Shown here in pieces: positions 35,401 through 44,823 of a stretch of 64,000 nucleotides of DNA; position 1 is the stretch's first letter; each line of letters starts with the position of its first letter. The notes beneath the pieces are model-generated. The model saw only the letters and a list, made by a program, of their open reading frames with translations, did not search any database and was not told where the DNA came from. This DNA is from Lytechinus pictus. Taxonomy: Eukaryota. The translations under genes and the position numbers were made by a program. Where the stretch lies: the NCBI RefSeq assembly GCF_037042905.1, contig NC_087252.1, positions 22,694,001 through 22,758,000 on the forward strand, given 5' to 3'.

Positions 35401-38400
35401 AACCGAACCGAACACTAAGACTTGGTTCGGAAGTTCGGCAAAAAAAAAAAAAAAAAACGGCTTTCAGCTAATAAATTTATAAGTTTACACCCTTTCTAAT
35501 CATTAGATTTGCGCATTCTCTATTTAATCTTCTTTGCAATTGTATGTTGGAAGTATGCGCTTATTTTGCGGTTACTAGATTTTGTTTTCATTTTCATGTT
35601 GACATTGTGGTTTTTACGGCCCTGATTAAAGAAAGGAGATCCGATGAATGATGTTGCGCGAGCTTGCGCTATAATCATTTTACTGGCTTTCATCATCTCT
35701 CGCTCTGTGGCCGAATCGCCGAAGAATGGTAAAGAAAACCAAAACTGTATGAGTGTTCATTGGTTAAATCTAATTATCTAAAATATTGTTGTTTTTAGGT
35801 GGCGAACAAGATTCTTGTTTGAAAGTATTTTGAATGAACGAGCTCAATAAACTGAAAGTGAAAGATGAAGTACCATTAATATTACGAATTACGATACGAT
35901 GTGATTAAGATCGTAACTCGTGCATTGTTGCGGCGGAGAATAAAGATCTGATTGAGGTGATTGACATTATTATTGAGGTGTCGGCTCGCTACTGTCTAGT
36001 TTTCATGATTTTAGAGAGAAGTAAAGAGTTTTGAAAACGAGAGATCCAGTGAAAGTGGGAAATAAAGTGAGTGACTGTTAGAGATGGAAAGGAGAGACGC
36101 AAAACAAATAATATAGACATGAGATGAGGTGAAGTTATCTTTTTTTATTATTAACAATCAGATGAAAATAAAAATCAAACACTCATGACTGATTACGGTA
36201 TAGCATATGGGTCATTCCATGGGGTTGGGGCAAAAATTGTGACATCAGGGTCAAAAAATAGAAATGTAATAAATGAAAAGTTTTTGTTCTTATATGTTTC
36301 ATGGGACAATTCTTCAACTAAATCCACTTACAGGCATTTCATACCACCCTGCATATTTGAGTAAATTGCGAAACAAGATTTGGCAAAATACCACCGTTAC
36401 ACGGACATCATTTATCATCCTTACTTAGACTATACTCTCCTACTGTCAAAATAAAAGGGTTGATCTCAATTCCTCTTAATAAATATTTTGCTAACAACAT
36501 TTTTAGTCAATTTATTCCACATTTTCCAACATGGCATATATATTTTGAAAGATTTAGCATCAATAAATGGAACTTGATGCTCTGTGTGTATACCAGTGCC
36601 ATGTTCTGTGTCGTTCTTTTTTCTCACCAGTCAAGAAAATTCAATTTATGATGGCATGTAGAACTAAATAGTTGACAGAAGTCATGCCTCAACAGAATGG
36701 AATATTCTTTTTGGAAAAACTCAACTACTCTTTCTGGCCTAACCTTCTATTTTTGGTGTTACCACCGTTACATGGACATCATGTCTCTGTAACAGAGGTA
36801 TAATTTGAAGCATTGTAAGTTAAGGTCCATTAATGGTCATCACATACCAAATTACACTTTCTGCCTTCAATTATTTGCACAAGATCAATTGATTATATTA
36901 GAAAAAAAACATTTTGCATGTCAAATTATTTGCAAATAAAAGAAATTTAAATTAGAGTTTAAACAAAGAAAAATTTACAAAATTATTGACAAATTATGTG
37001 TCGTTCTTTTTTCTCACCAGTCAAGAAAATTCAATTTATGATGGCATGTAGAACTAAATAGTTGAGAGAAGTCATGCCTCAACAGAATGGAATATTCTCT
37101 TTGGAAAAACTCAACTACTCTCTCTGGCCTAACCTTCTATTTTTGTTTGGTGTTACCACCGTTACATGGACATCATGTCTCTGTAACAGAGGTATAATTT
37201 GAAGCATTGTAAGTTAAGATCCATTAATGGTCATTACATACCAAATTACCCTTTCTGCCTTAGAATATTTGATTTGATAATGATTGATTACACTAGAAGA
37301 AAAACATTTTGCATGTCAAATTCTTTGCAAGTAAAAGCACTTTAAATTAGAGTTTAAACAAGGAAAAATGTACAAAATTATTCAATATTGACATTTAAAA
37401 TCATACTAATCCTCAAGGTTCCACTTCCGTCTGTCTCTGGAAACATTTATGTTTCTTTCTAAAGGGGAAAAAACGAAACAGTGCTATCTTACGATCTCCA
37501 AATCTTTTATTACTTTGAAATATCTCCTTCAAGATATTACTTTCAAATGTAGATACCTCTGTTACACGGACATCATGTCCTTGTAATGGTCATATTGAAT
37601 AGCATTACTTGAATGTTTGACATATTTTTCTAGTATCAACACACTAAATGCAAGTTAACTCATCTTACTCAAGTGTAGAAATACAACATCTACAAGCAAG
37701 CTTCTGTAATTCATATCAATGAACAGGTAAAATGTTTTTTTTATTCATACACAATTATAAAATTTTTTGATACCTTTGATACAATATTCAGGTAAAAAAT
37801 ATGTAGGGAAAAGGTACTAGTTTAGTTCTTCTAAGCTATGGTTTTTCAAGACAAAACAAGACAAAGTTGGCATAGACATGGACAACGCATTTATACCTTA
37901 CACATATAAACTTGTTCAATTTGTTAGCTCTAATTTGTTTTACCTCAGTTACATGGACATCATGTCCTCAAAATGGTAGTGTAGAAGTGACATTAATTAA
38001 AATATAATCATGTCATCACTGGAACTTACATACATTAGATAAAACATTAAGTTTCAACATGCGAAAAGGACAATTGTAAAGTACTTAGTGGACAAATTAA
38101 ATTAAAAAAACTCACCACCTTTATATCTTCTGTTTTTTTAACAGAGTTGTAAGCAAGAAAGTAAAATGTACTAAGCTATTCTAATGTTCAAAAATAAAAC
38201 TGCAAGAACTCTTCAGTAAACTTCTTACTGGCAAATGCAAAAAAATGTATTACACTGTACACTAAACCTGACTATTAAAATTAACATGCAATATTTCTCT
38301 CTTCATTCAGGTTACAAGTTTATGAACTTCAAGAAGACTGGTGACCCAATAAGAAAGTTTGGAAGAGGATTCTGTCAATGTCACAAAGTGGATGGAGGTA

Positions 38401-39455
38401 GAATTGTGCCTCGCCATCAGGCCAGGAGTACAGGTCACCAGATTGACACTTCATGTACTGAAGATATACATTTTCACCTTGAACAGAGGCTACCTGTAGT
38501 TGAGAAAAATAGTATTTGGAAGTTTGACTATATTTTTTAAGCAATAAGCAAATATTTTTTATATTATATCAAATCATTTAGTTATTTATGTCTTGACATT
38601 TTCTCATTAAAGGGGGTGGATTACTAGGGACAATGAATCTGATCTGTTCTTGCAAAATACACAGGAACCTTCACTTTGTATTTTTTCATAGCAAATAGAA
38701 TTCATCATTTCATAGTTCATAAATTAAATATAAAGTTACGTTTTATAGAAGGTTTTTGTATTTGTGTTGTTGTGTTCTACTTTGTTTTCACAATACAATT
38801 ACTTGCCCATTACCTTTTCATAAATTATCTGTACTTCAATTTCATTTCTCAATGGATTAATTTAATCTAATTCTATTCTGCATTCTAATCAAGGGTGGTT
38901 ATCTAGACAATTCCATTTAGTTTTTTATGACCATCTTATTTAATTTTCATCGCTGAAGTTTAATTGTTCAAGCAATTACATAATATATGTATGTTCTATT
39001 GGAATTAAATGAATTAATGGAATTCAAATCTGCAATTTACCTTCTGATACAGCAAATAAACTCTTGTGAAAAAAACTTGATTGTGTCACATTTTTTGTTC
39101 ACTTGTACATGTTTTAAAAATCTCATTATATTGCAATAAAAAAAAATCACATTGAAAACAATCACACAGTTTTGCTTTCTGATAAAACGAACCCCCCCTT
39201 CTCCTTACAATTTAATATATAGACATCAAAATACAAAATATTGAAAAAATATTGAGAGAAAAAAAGAATGTGCTGAAAAGTATAACATTCAACAAGATGA
39301 AAAGTTTTGGGAAGGTTAGGCCTACAGCCAAGAATGACTAGTAATTAGATTATGGCCATGCTTCATCATACACAAAGCACATGTACTATGTGTAGGGGGT
39401 AGTAACAGAAAAATTATTTTGCCCCCCCCCCCCTTTCGGATTGGAATCAGCTGAC

Positions 39456-39507
<52 letters not shown>

Positions 39508-42500
39508 GGGGGGGGGGGCCTGCCTCCCCCGTGGCGCTGCCACTGGTTCTAAACTCTCATTTTTTGGGGGAAATTCAAATTTGATCATCAGGTCTTTGAT
39601 ACCCATATTACGTAGAATCAGTAGGAGCCAATTTAAACAAGGCGAGAAAGCCGCGAGATTTTGTACCAAATCTGAGATGTCAGCATGATCATCAGCGGTT
39701 TTGAGTATCCATTGGCCTATTGAAATAACATATTTCGGTGTTTAAAAAAAATCAACTAAATTGCTATTGAATCATGTCAGCTAACATTCAAAACATGTTT
39801 GCATGGAATCACAGTAATAAAAACATTATTTCTTTGGGGCCGTTTAGCAAATCTGGAACAAACACGGCGATGTCTCAATCACATATTTCACTTACACGAA
39901 AAGATACATGTGGGACTGTAGTAAAAGATTATGGAAAATTAGCGAGATTTTTCAAACTTAAAAACACTTTCTGCATGATAATATAGTTTCACATTTTTAA
40001 GATAAGGTTTAACTGATTTAAAAATACGAGTATCGGGATAAATCTCCGTACTTACGTCGCTTTGAAAGGGAAAACATCGTGGAGATCCAATCCACCGTTA
40101 CACGGACATTGCAGGAAGATTCCCAATTGCAATGCTGCAAACCACCCGATATCATAGCCGTTCATGTGCAGGTGGATTTCGGCTAACATCCCGTCCGTCT
40201 GATACAACGACGGTCTCTTCTCCGGTCTCTCCTTTTTACATACGCGATGAAATGTGATCCACCGTTACAAATTTGGCCCGGACATCGCCCAAAACATCGG
40301 CGAACTTCGATTAATTTACATGACATTAACATTGGTTTTCAAAGCTAATCTTTTGATGAAAAGTTGCTTACTGCCTGCCCTTTATTTCTGACACATAACT
40401 TTGGAAAGAATGATTTCTGACTTTTAGTTTTTTACCACTTTACCGCCGTTACAGAAAAAAATAAACGCGGACATCGCATGTAACGGTGGTATGCGATGTT
40501 GTAGGAATGATTTATGATATGAAGCCTCTTTTCATTTGCTATCCCATTACTGTTTTGTTATTAAACAAATGTTGCTTTATCAATCATGGCCATTTGAATT
40601 TGACTAAGTTTATCTTTTAATTAGATATCTTCAACTGAAAATAACCATTTTGGATGTCACACTTGGTACCCCAAAAAAGAGTCTGGACATCATCATTTAA
40701 AGTCTCACCATCAAAAATACTTGAGGTTCAACATTTTTATTTCTGCATCAAGTAATTGCTTACATAACTGCCTTCCAACAAAACCACATTGCAACATCCA
40801 AACGCCAAACACATTTTCAGGATAAAGCCAACAATTCATAGGGAACACAAAAAAGTGCTGTTGCCCCAACCCCGTGGAATGACCCACATAGCAAGATCCC
40901 CTTCCCCTCGTTGACAAGTTGAATGAAGATAAAGCCATGCGGAAACATTCATCTCTTGGGGCCGGAAAATGACCCCCAATCTTTACCTTTTTTTCCCTTT
41001 CTTATCAACTTCTCAAATTAACCATAAATAATTCGATGATCACTCTACTCCCCCTGTCCCATTACAGTCGTAAAACTTTGCATCCCACTTGGTCTGTATG
41101 TTCATGGTCGAATGAAATCTGACCAATGAAATCATAGAAATCTCGGGAATTGCTCTTCAATCAGTGAGCTGAGTTTCGCGAGCAGACAAAGCACGTGGCT
41201 GTATGTACCGATGCGACAATTAGCGACATGCGATTGGTGGTTTAGTTCACCCATCTAGCCAATTAGCGAAAGGCGCATTACATAAGCACGCTTTCTTCGA
41301 CACGCCCCTGGCCCTACTATGCCTACAGTTCAGTGCACTGGCGCTGGCCGACGTAATTGCCAATCACGTTTGGCCGGACTGTATATATAAATATTCATGA
41401 GCTCAGAGTCCCCTACAAGGGGACTGCATGCGCTGGCCTAGCTGGTACGAGTGTGGTCCAGGTATGGACTTAGAAGAGTCGCCATTTTAGAACTGTGAGT
41501 TACCCAATAAATCTGTCATCAGATAATCAAATTCGAGATAAAAGTTGATTCGTTGAGCGAGCTATAACTTTCATAGTTTCATGTCAAGATAGAGATAAAA
41601 TGGTTTGATGTGACAGAGGTACACGCGAGCACATGCAGTCAATCAAGTACAAATTGTCTACCGGTACGCTACGTATATACCTGAATGAACTATAGCTTTA
41701 TCAGTCTATCATTACCGAACCCCGAACCGAACCAATGTTCGGCAAATTTCTGCCGAACCTTGCCGAACCGAACCGAACCCGAACATGGCGCCTGACTTGC
41801 AGCACTAGTCTAATGATAAGAATACTACTGGTACTACTACTTCTACTACTACTACTACTACTAATAATAATAATAATAATAATAATAATAGTAATAATAA
41901 TAAACACAATATATATGGAGATATAATATAATTAAGTACACATCTAGTTATTATTACTTATCATAATAATGATATCCCAATAATTAGACATGTTAGAAGG
42001 CTAATTCTGAGGCCAGTGCCCATTTCAAAATTAGAAGAGTGATATTGGCAGATGCCTACTGCCGTGACTGCCCCAAGTGCCCCTTCGCCCAGGGTGCAAC
42101 ATAAGCGCTTGCTCGATTGCCCGGGGCAAGTAAAAGTTAGAGTCGGGCAAGTGTTTTGAAGTAAAGACAAAACTACTTGCCCGAATCGGGCAAGCAAAAT
42201 TCTCACCGTGAAAAGAAATTTTACAAAGTTTCCCCATACTTCACATGCAAAAATACAGAAGAGAGAGAAAAACAAAGTTAACAACTTCCCTCAATTCAAA
42301 TTGCAAGCCAGTTTGCGACACTTTTTGTGATCTACACACAAAAACACGCACACAGAGTCAGCATACATACATGTGGCTGGTGCGCCCAGCCTCCAGCCTG
42401 TGTGGCAGGCATGCGTGCATGGATCTCCATGCTGCATGCTGTGCACACTATCCCCGATCAAACTCTGAATCAAAGTGAACAAGCTCAACATGAAAAATAT

Positions 42501-44823
42501 TTTTTCCAACAAAATAATCACAAAATCTGCGGGAAATTTTTTATACCTTTATGGATTCTCAGATTACTGATTTGGTGATGTGATTGGAGGAGCAAGTTAT
42601 TGAGTTTTCACAACTAGTTTCAGCCGTTGTTTTGAGTGTTGTTGTGATCGGCGTAGTGGGAAGAAAGATGCTTGCAAGTCCATGATGCCGCAATGATTCA
42701 TTTGATTTTTAAGTTTGTCAATGTTTCTCTGTGAAATTTTATTCATTTCTAAAACATAATTTTCCAACAATTTTTTAAATATATTTTAAACAAATATCAG
42801 CAAGATTTTTGTTAGATGATTGCATGTTTTGTTTTGTTTCAAATTTGAGCTTTCTTCCTCTTTCTTTTCTTTTCTTCCTCCCTTCCTTCCTTACTTGCTA
42901 CCTTCCTTCTTTCTTTCTTTTCTATCCTTTCTTCATCCTTTCTTCTATCTTTCCCGCTTGCCTTTTTTTTGTTCCATCTGTCTTTCTTGTCAATCTTTCC
43001 TAGCTTTCTTTCCTGATCTTTTTTTTCTCTCTCTGTTCATTTTTCTTTCATTCCTACGTTTTCTTACATGTACTTACCTTCTTTTTTTTTTATTTCTTCA
43101 TTTTTTCTTTCCTCTAATTTTTCTTTGCTTCCTTCTCCCTTCCTCTCATTTTTTTTGTTCTTTTTTTCCTTCATTCTTCCATTATTTTCTTTTTTTTCAA
43201 TTCTCTCTTAACTTCATTCTTATTCCTTCAACTAAAGTTTCATCCTTTCTTTCATTCTTTATTTTCTTCTTTCCTTCTCTTTTCCCTTTTTTGCTATTTC
43301 CCTCCTTCCTTCCTGTTTTTCCCCTCTCTTTCTTCCTTTCAAAAATGAAGGAAATCTTTTTTCCTTCATTCTCTCTTTCATCCCTTTTTCTTTCTTTCTT
43401 TTCCCCCTTTTTTATTTCTTTCCATTCTTTCTTTCACCCATTAATTCATTTTCCCCTTCTTTCCTGTTCTTTTCTTTCCCTTTTTCTTTATTAATTTCAA
43501 AGTATGAAGGAAACCTTTTTTTCTTTCTTTGTTCTCCATTCATCTCTTTTCTTTCCTTTTTTCTTTCTCTCCTTCATTCTTTCCTTCACCCATTCGTCAG
43601 ACCTGCCAACCTCTGGGAATGAAAAATTGTAATCTATGATGAAAAAAGTGTATTTTTCCCAAAAAAAGTGTATTTCATAATAATATGCGTAGCGCACTCG
43701 CTCATTGCGGCGCTCAAGCTGCATGCCAGCTAAAATGTGCACTGCTCTTGCAGATGAAAAAAAAAAATTTAAACATGTGTAGGTCTATATCTCACCCTGG
43801 TTTTAACAAAATGATTGAAAAAAAAACAAGTTACCTGAAATAACATTGATCTAATAACCATATTTGTGTAAGTTTTATGAAATAGAGACATATAGAGATG
43901 ATTTTTCTCAATAAATTACGATTTTGTAAAAATATTTTTACAAATGGCCAATCGACACTGAGGCTATATAGCTCTAGCGCACAGACTTGGCCAAATTCGC
44001 GCGTTATTCGCAAGTTATCGAGACCCCAATCTTCCCCAGTCCCGTGTCTAGAGTCTAAAATAAATGCACGGTGGACGCTGGGCCGGAGCTCCCTGGGCTA
44101 ACAGGCTGTGCAAAACATGAAGCCTTGCTTATTTATGTAATGTGTTATGATGACTGAAAAACAAAGACTACGCACAGAGAAAACGTTCGCCCCTAGGCAG
44201 AGTCAGAGAGTTCGTCCGCTCAACACGGTGTATTTGCCTGTGGAAAAAAACCCTGGCCTGAAATACTCTGCGAATTTTAGTGCGATATTTCGTCCGCGCA
44301 GACGCCAGACGGATTAACTGGCCGGACGTTTTCGCCTCCGACACCCGCCCTCGGGCCAACCTAACCTGCCACTCCGAGTGACCGAGGGGAAACGGCGAAG
44401 CATTTATAAACATAAACCAAAGACATGAAACTGAAAGAAGTGGTAGCATTCTGCGCCCGCGCTCGAGTTCGCGCAACGGAAGGCGTAGCTAAAGCCTATG
44501 GCTATGCAGATTGCAGTGCAGTGGAGGCAAGCGGGCCGCGGGGCGGCGCAGCGCCACGGAGCACTACGTCTACCGTACCCGCTAACAGTACCTACAACGA
44601 CCACACTCACGGTACCGTACACTGTCACAAAACAGAACTACAACACGGATTTATGTTTTCACCTCATTATCAACATCAGACTCACCTTTAAAGAAAATTT
44701 TTGCAGGATAAACACGAGACGATCTTGATGCTTCTTGCTGTATACGTGTTTTCTTCCCCGGATATCACTTTGGCGACAAATCGGACAGAAATAGAAGTCA
44801 CTTTTACCTTCTGCACCGGCCAT
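5349..44823 (-). CDS. CENATAC: CENATAC/CCDC84 (centrosomal AT-AC splicing factor, minor spliceosome component); complete 8-exon CDS, 350 aa: complement(join 44686-44823, 15517-15680, 14537-14705, 13774-13907, 10013-10121, 8294-8420, 5977-6109, 5349-5427)
   Basis: The spliced translation has the two N-terminal zinc fingers (CPICRQ...[20 protein letters not shown]...EHLCSASHK) and the C-terminal motifs [23 protein letters not shown] and [21 protein letters not shown], matching human CCDC84 as recalled. Exon lengths sum to 1053 nt with consistent phases. Confidence 0.95.
5977..6109 (-). CDS. CENATAC: CENATAC exon 7 ([19 protein letters not shown]...[18 protein letters not shown])
   Basis: Acceptor atattgcag|, donor AAG|GTAAAA; most conserved CENATAC motifs. 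Confidence 0.96.
6625..7110. repeat. ~260 bp tandem duplication of a MITE half plus flank
   Basis: taatctgagtttataaa...ttcatgaaa(c/t)gctccccagatcat...gacagctcaaaaccttgtgag occurs twice (~6627-6851 and ~6894-7110). Confidence 0.85.
8294..8420 (-). CDS. CENATAC: CENATAC exon 6 ([19 protein letters not shown]...[11 protein letters not shown])
   Basis: Acceptor tttttatcttatag|, donor C|GTAAGA; conserved GNIHxGAxPPW motif. Confidence 0.95.
8701..9724. mobile_element. TIR element (PIF/Harbinger-like) inserted in the SINE
   Basis: GCCACCGCACACCTTACGA at 8701 is inverted to TCGCAAGGTGTGCGGTGTC ending at 9724. Confidence 0.65.
9348..9492. mobile_element. Palindromic MITE (GTTTCATAAAGCTGTTCGTAAGTTAAGAGCGAC family)
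   Basis: Long terminal inverted repeats. Related copies at ~13967-14150, ~15750-15855, ~22531-22903, ~26516-26686, ~52898-53098 and 61424-61581. Confidence 0.85.
10013..10121 (-). CDS. CENATAC: CENATAC exon 5 ([13 protein letters not shown]...GLTSISTN)
   Basis: Strong acceptor ctttccttttatag|, donor AAT|GTAAGC; 109 nt; GLTSI resembles human SLTFI. Confidence 0.85.
10487..10758. mobile_element. Harbinger-type MITE with CTG TSD
   Basis: CTG|GGCCCCATCTTACAAAGAG...CTTTGTAAGACGAGGCC|CTG; second copy at 4988-5257. Confidence 0.85.
11455..13560. repeat. Higher-order minisatellite: ~21-22 bp monomers with GGTCCAATAGA core grouped into ~86 bp units
   Basis: Repeated ggtccaatagaagtttcctgtgggtctaatagaatatttttgatggtccaatagaggttttctgttggtccaatagaattattctg; lies in CENATAC intron 4. 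Confidence 0.95.
13774..13907 (-). CDS. CENATAC: CENATAC exon 4 ([14 protein letters not shown]...DMQA)
   Basis: Acceptor attttgcag|; resembles human MAAQIREVEQ. The 3' end is placed at a GC donor (AAG|GCATGT) that gives the required phase 2. Confidence 0.8.
14537..14705 (-). CDS. CENATAC: CENATAC exon 3 ([12 protein letters not shown]...[17 protein letters not shown]...LQE)
   Basis: Acceptor tttttcacatcag|, donor GAG|GTCAGT; 169 nt; aligns with human SPEHKKATNKFW...DYARFKKSM. Confidence 0.92.
15517..15680 (-). CDS. CENATAC: CENATAC exon 2 (VKAAEALIG...[12 protein letters not shown]...EHLC)
   Basis: Acceptor tttgtgcag|, donor CAG|GTGAGC; 164 nt; second zinc finger. Confidence 0.93.
16670..16920. 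repeat. CT-rich low-complexity tract
   Basis: Polypyrimidine tract with a short internal duplication. Confidence 0.9.
19394..19811. mobile_element. TIR element nested in a degraded MITE
   Basis: Perfect 27-bp inverted repeat ATTCGGTGGATTCACAATACAGTGCGC. Confidence 0.8.
20508..20625. repeat. Long near-perfect hairpin, probably part of a non-autonomous element extending to ~20940
   Basis: AGTGCTATGGACAGAATACTTCATTCAGTGAAAGATGAAATGATCCATTCAA is inverted to TTGAATGGATC...TCATTTCATCTTTCACTGAATGAAGTATTCTGTCCATTGCACT. Confidence 0.85.
21294..21610. mobile_element. MITE, inverted copy of 23412-23718
   Basis: Near reverse complement of the 23412-23718 element. Confidence 0.88.
22672..22885. mobile_element. 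MITE nested within another MITE (22531-22903)
   Basis: GGGGGGTGTTTCACAAA...TTTGCGAAACACCCCCC interrupts a GGTGGGTGTTTCA...TGAAACATCCACC element. Confidence 0.8.
23412..23718. mobile_element. MITE (GGCCCGTATTCTGAAGTC TIR family)
   Basis: TIR GGCCCGTATTCTGAAGTC...GACTTCAGAATACGGGCC. Family copies at ~2863-3174 (ATT flanks), ~21294-21610 (opposite orientation) and a degraded one at ~19175-19864. Confidence 0.9.
24425..24807. mobile_element. Harbinger-like MITE
   Basis: GACCCCGTTCTCAC...ATGAGAACAGGGTC inverted termini. Confidence 0.7.
25010..25246 (-). mobile_element. tRNA-derived SINE
   Basis: Minus strand: GGTGTAGTGGTT (A box)...GTTTGAATCCC (B box)...GGGTGCTAAATGGGTACCTGG core; related to the SINE at 8452. 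Confidence 0.7.
25545..25720 (+). mobile_element. tRNA-derived SINE, second family
   Basis: AGCTCAGTCGGTAGAG (A box)...GGGTTCGATTC (B box), followed by a non-tRNA body. Confidence 0.7.
27540..30943 (-). CDS. Nested gene, large terminal coding exon: uncharacterised 1163-aa protein (N-terminal globular region, long D/E- and K/R/S-rich disordered region with a central coiled coil, C-terminal Spindlin/Tudor-like domain)
   Basis: 3.4 kb uninterrupted ORF. The tracked TTG 'start' lies in a polypyrimidine tract before ctgcag| at 30944. The C-terminus [10 protein letters not shown]...KWYEGKVV...[11 protein letters not shown]...[13 protein letters not shown] resembles a Spin/Ssty repeat. Confidence 0.88.
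31244..31824. mobile_element. Kolobok-like MITE in the nested gene's intron
   Basis: TTAA|AGGAGAATGAAAC...GTTTCATTCTCCT|TGAA with long internal inverted arms (CTCCCATTGGCAATGCGACCAAGATC). Confidence 0.8.
32636..32723 (-). CDS. Nested gene, first coding exon ([29 protein letters not shown])
   Basis: ATG in an ACCATGG Kozak context. Donor CAG|GTTAGT in phase 1 joins in frame to the 30943 acceptor (G+AC = Asp, ...RPDHWEDG...). Candidate upstream acceptor ctcttcttgcag| at 32829. Confidence 0.85.
33614..34213. mobile_element. Kolobok-like MITE
   Basis: AGGGGAATCCA...TGGATTCCCCT termini with degenerate TTAA flanks. Confidence 0.72.
34250..34852. mobile_element. Kolobok-like MITE
   Basis: TTAA|AGGGAT...ATCCCT|TTAA; internal inverted arms. 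Confidence 0.75.
36209..40885. mobile_element. Non-autonomous TIR transposon (Sola-like) nested in the hAT element
   Basis: 25-bp TIR GGGTCATTCCA(T/C)GGGGTTGGGGCAA with one mismatch; flanks ATAT/ACAT (imperfect 4-bp TSD); recurrent internal motif CCACCGTTACA(C/T)GGACATC. The superfamily call is inference. Confidence 0.8.
36607..37385. repeat. Tandem duplication, period 390 bp, inside the Sola-like element
   Basis: tgtgtcgttctttttctcaccagtcaag... starts at both 36607 and 36997 with high identity. Confidence 0.9.
41822..41902. repeat. (TAC)n(TAA)n microsatellite
   Basis: Visible directly, next to the right TSD of the hAT element. Confidence 0.95.
42850..43590. repeat. TC-rich low-complexity tract
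   Basis: About 740 bp of polypyrimidine; source of the Phe/Leu/Ser-rich spurious ORF. Confidence 0.95.
44686..44823 (-). CDS. CENATAC: CENATAC exon 1 ([46 protein letters not shown])
   Basis: ATG at 44823; donor AAG|GTGAGT, phase 0; encodes the first zinc finger. Confidence 0.93.

Larger units (their letters stand above)
35334..41807. mobile_element. Non-autonomous hAT-type DNA transposon, 6474 bp including a nested insertion
   Basis: Termini TAGTGCTG...CAGCACTA; identical 8-bp TSD GTCTAATG at 35326-35333 and 41808-41815; dense CCGAA(C) subterminal repeats at both ends; no transposase ORF. Confidence 0.88.

Noticed and set aside
42820..43494. 224-aa Phe/Leu-rich 'membrane protein' ORF
   Set aside because: TC-rich low-complexity DNA; the same applies to the ORFs at 48625-48932.
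27540..44823. In-frame fusion of the CENATAC zinc-finger exon 1 with the nested ORF
   Set aside because: Phase mismatch at 30943 and an immediate stop at the 32828 acceptor.
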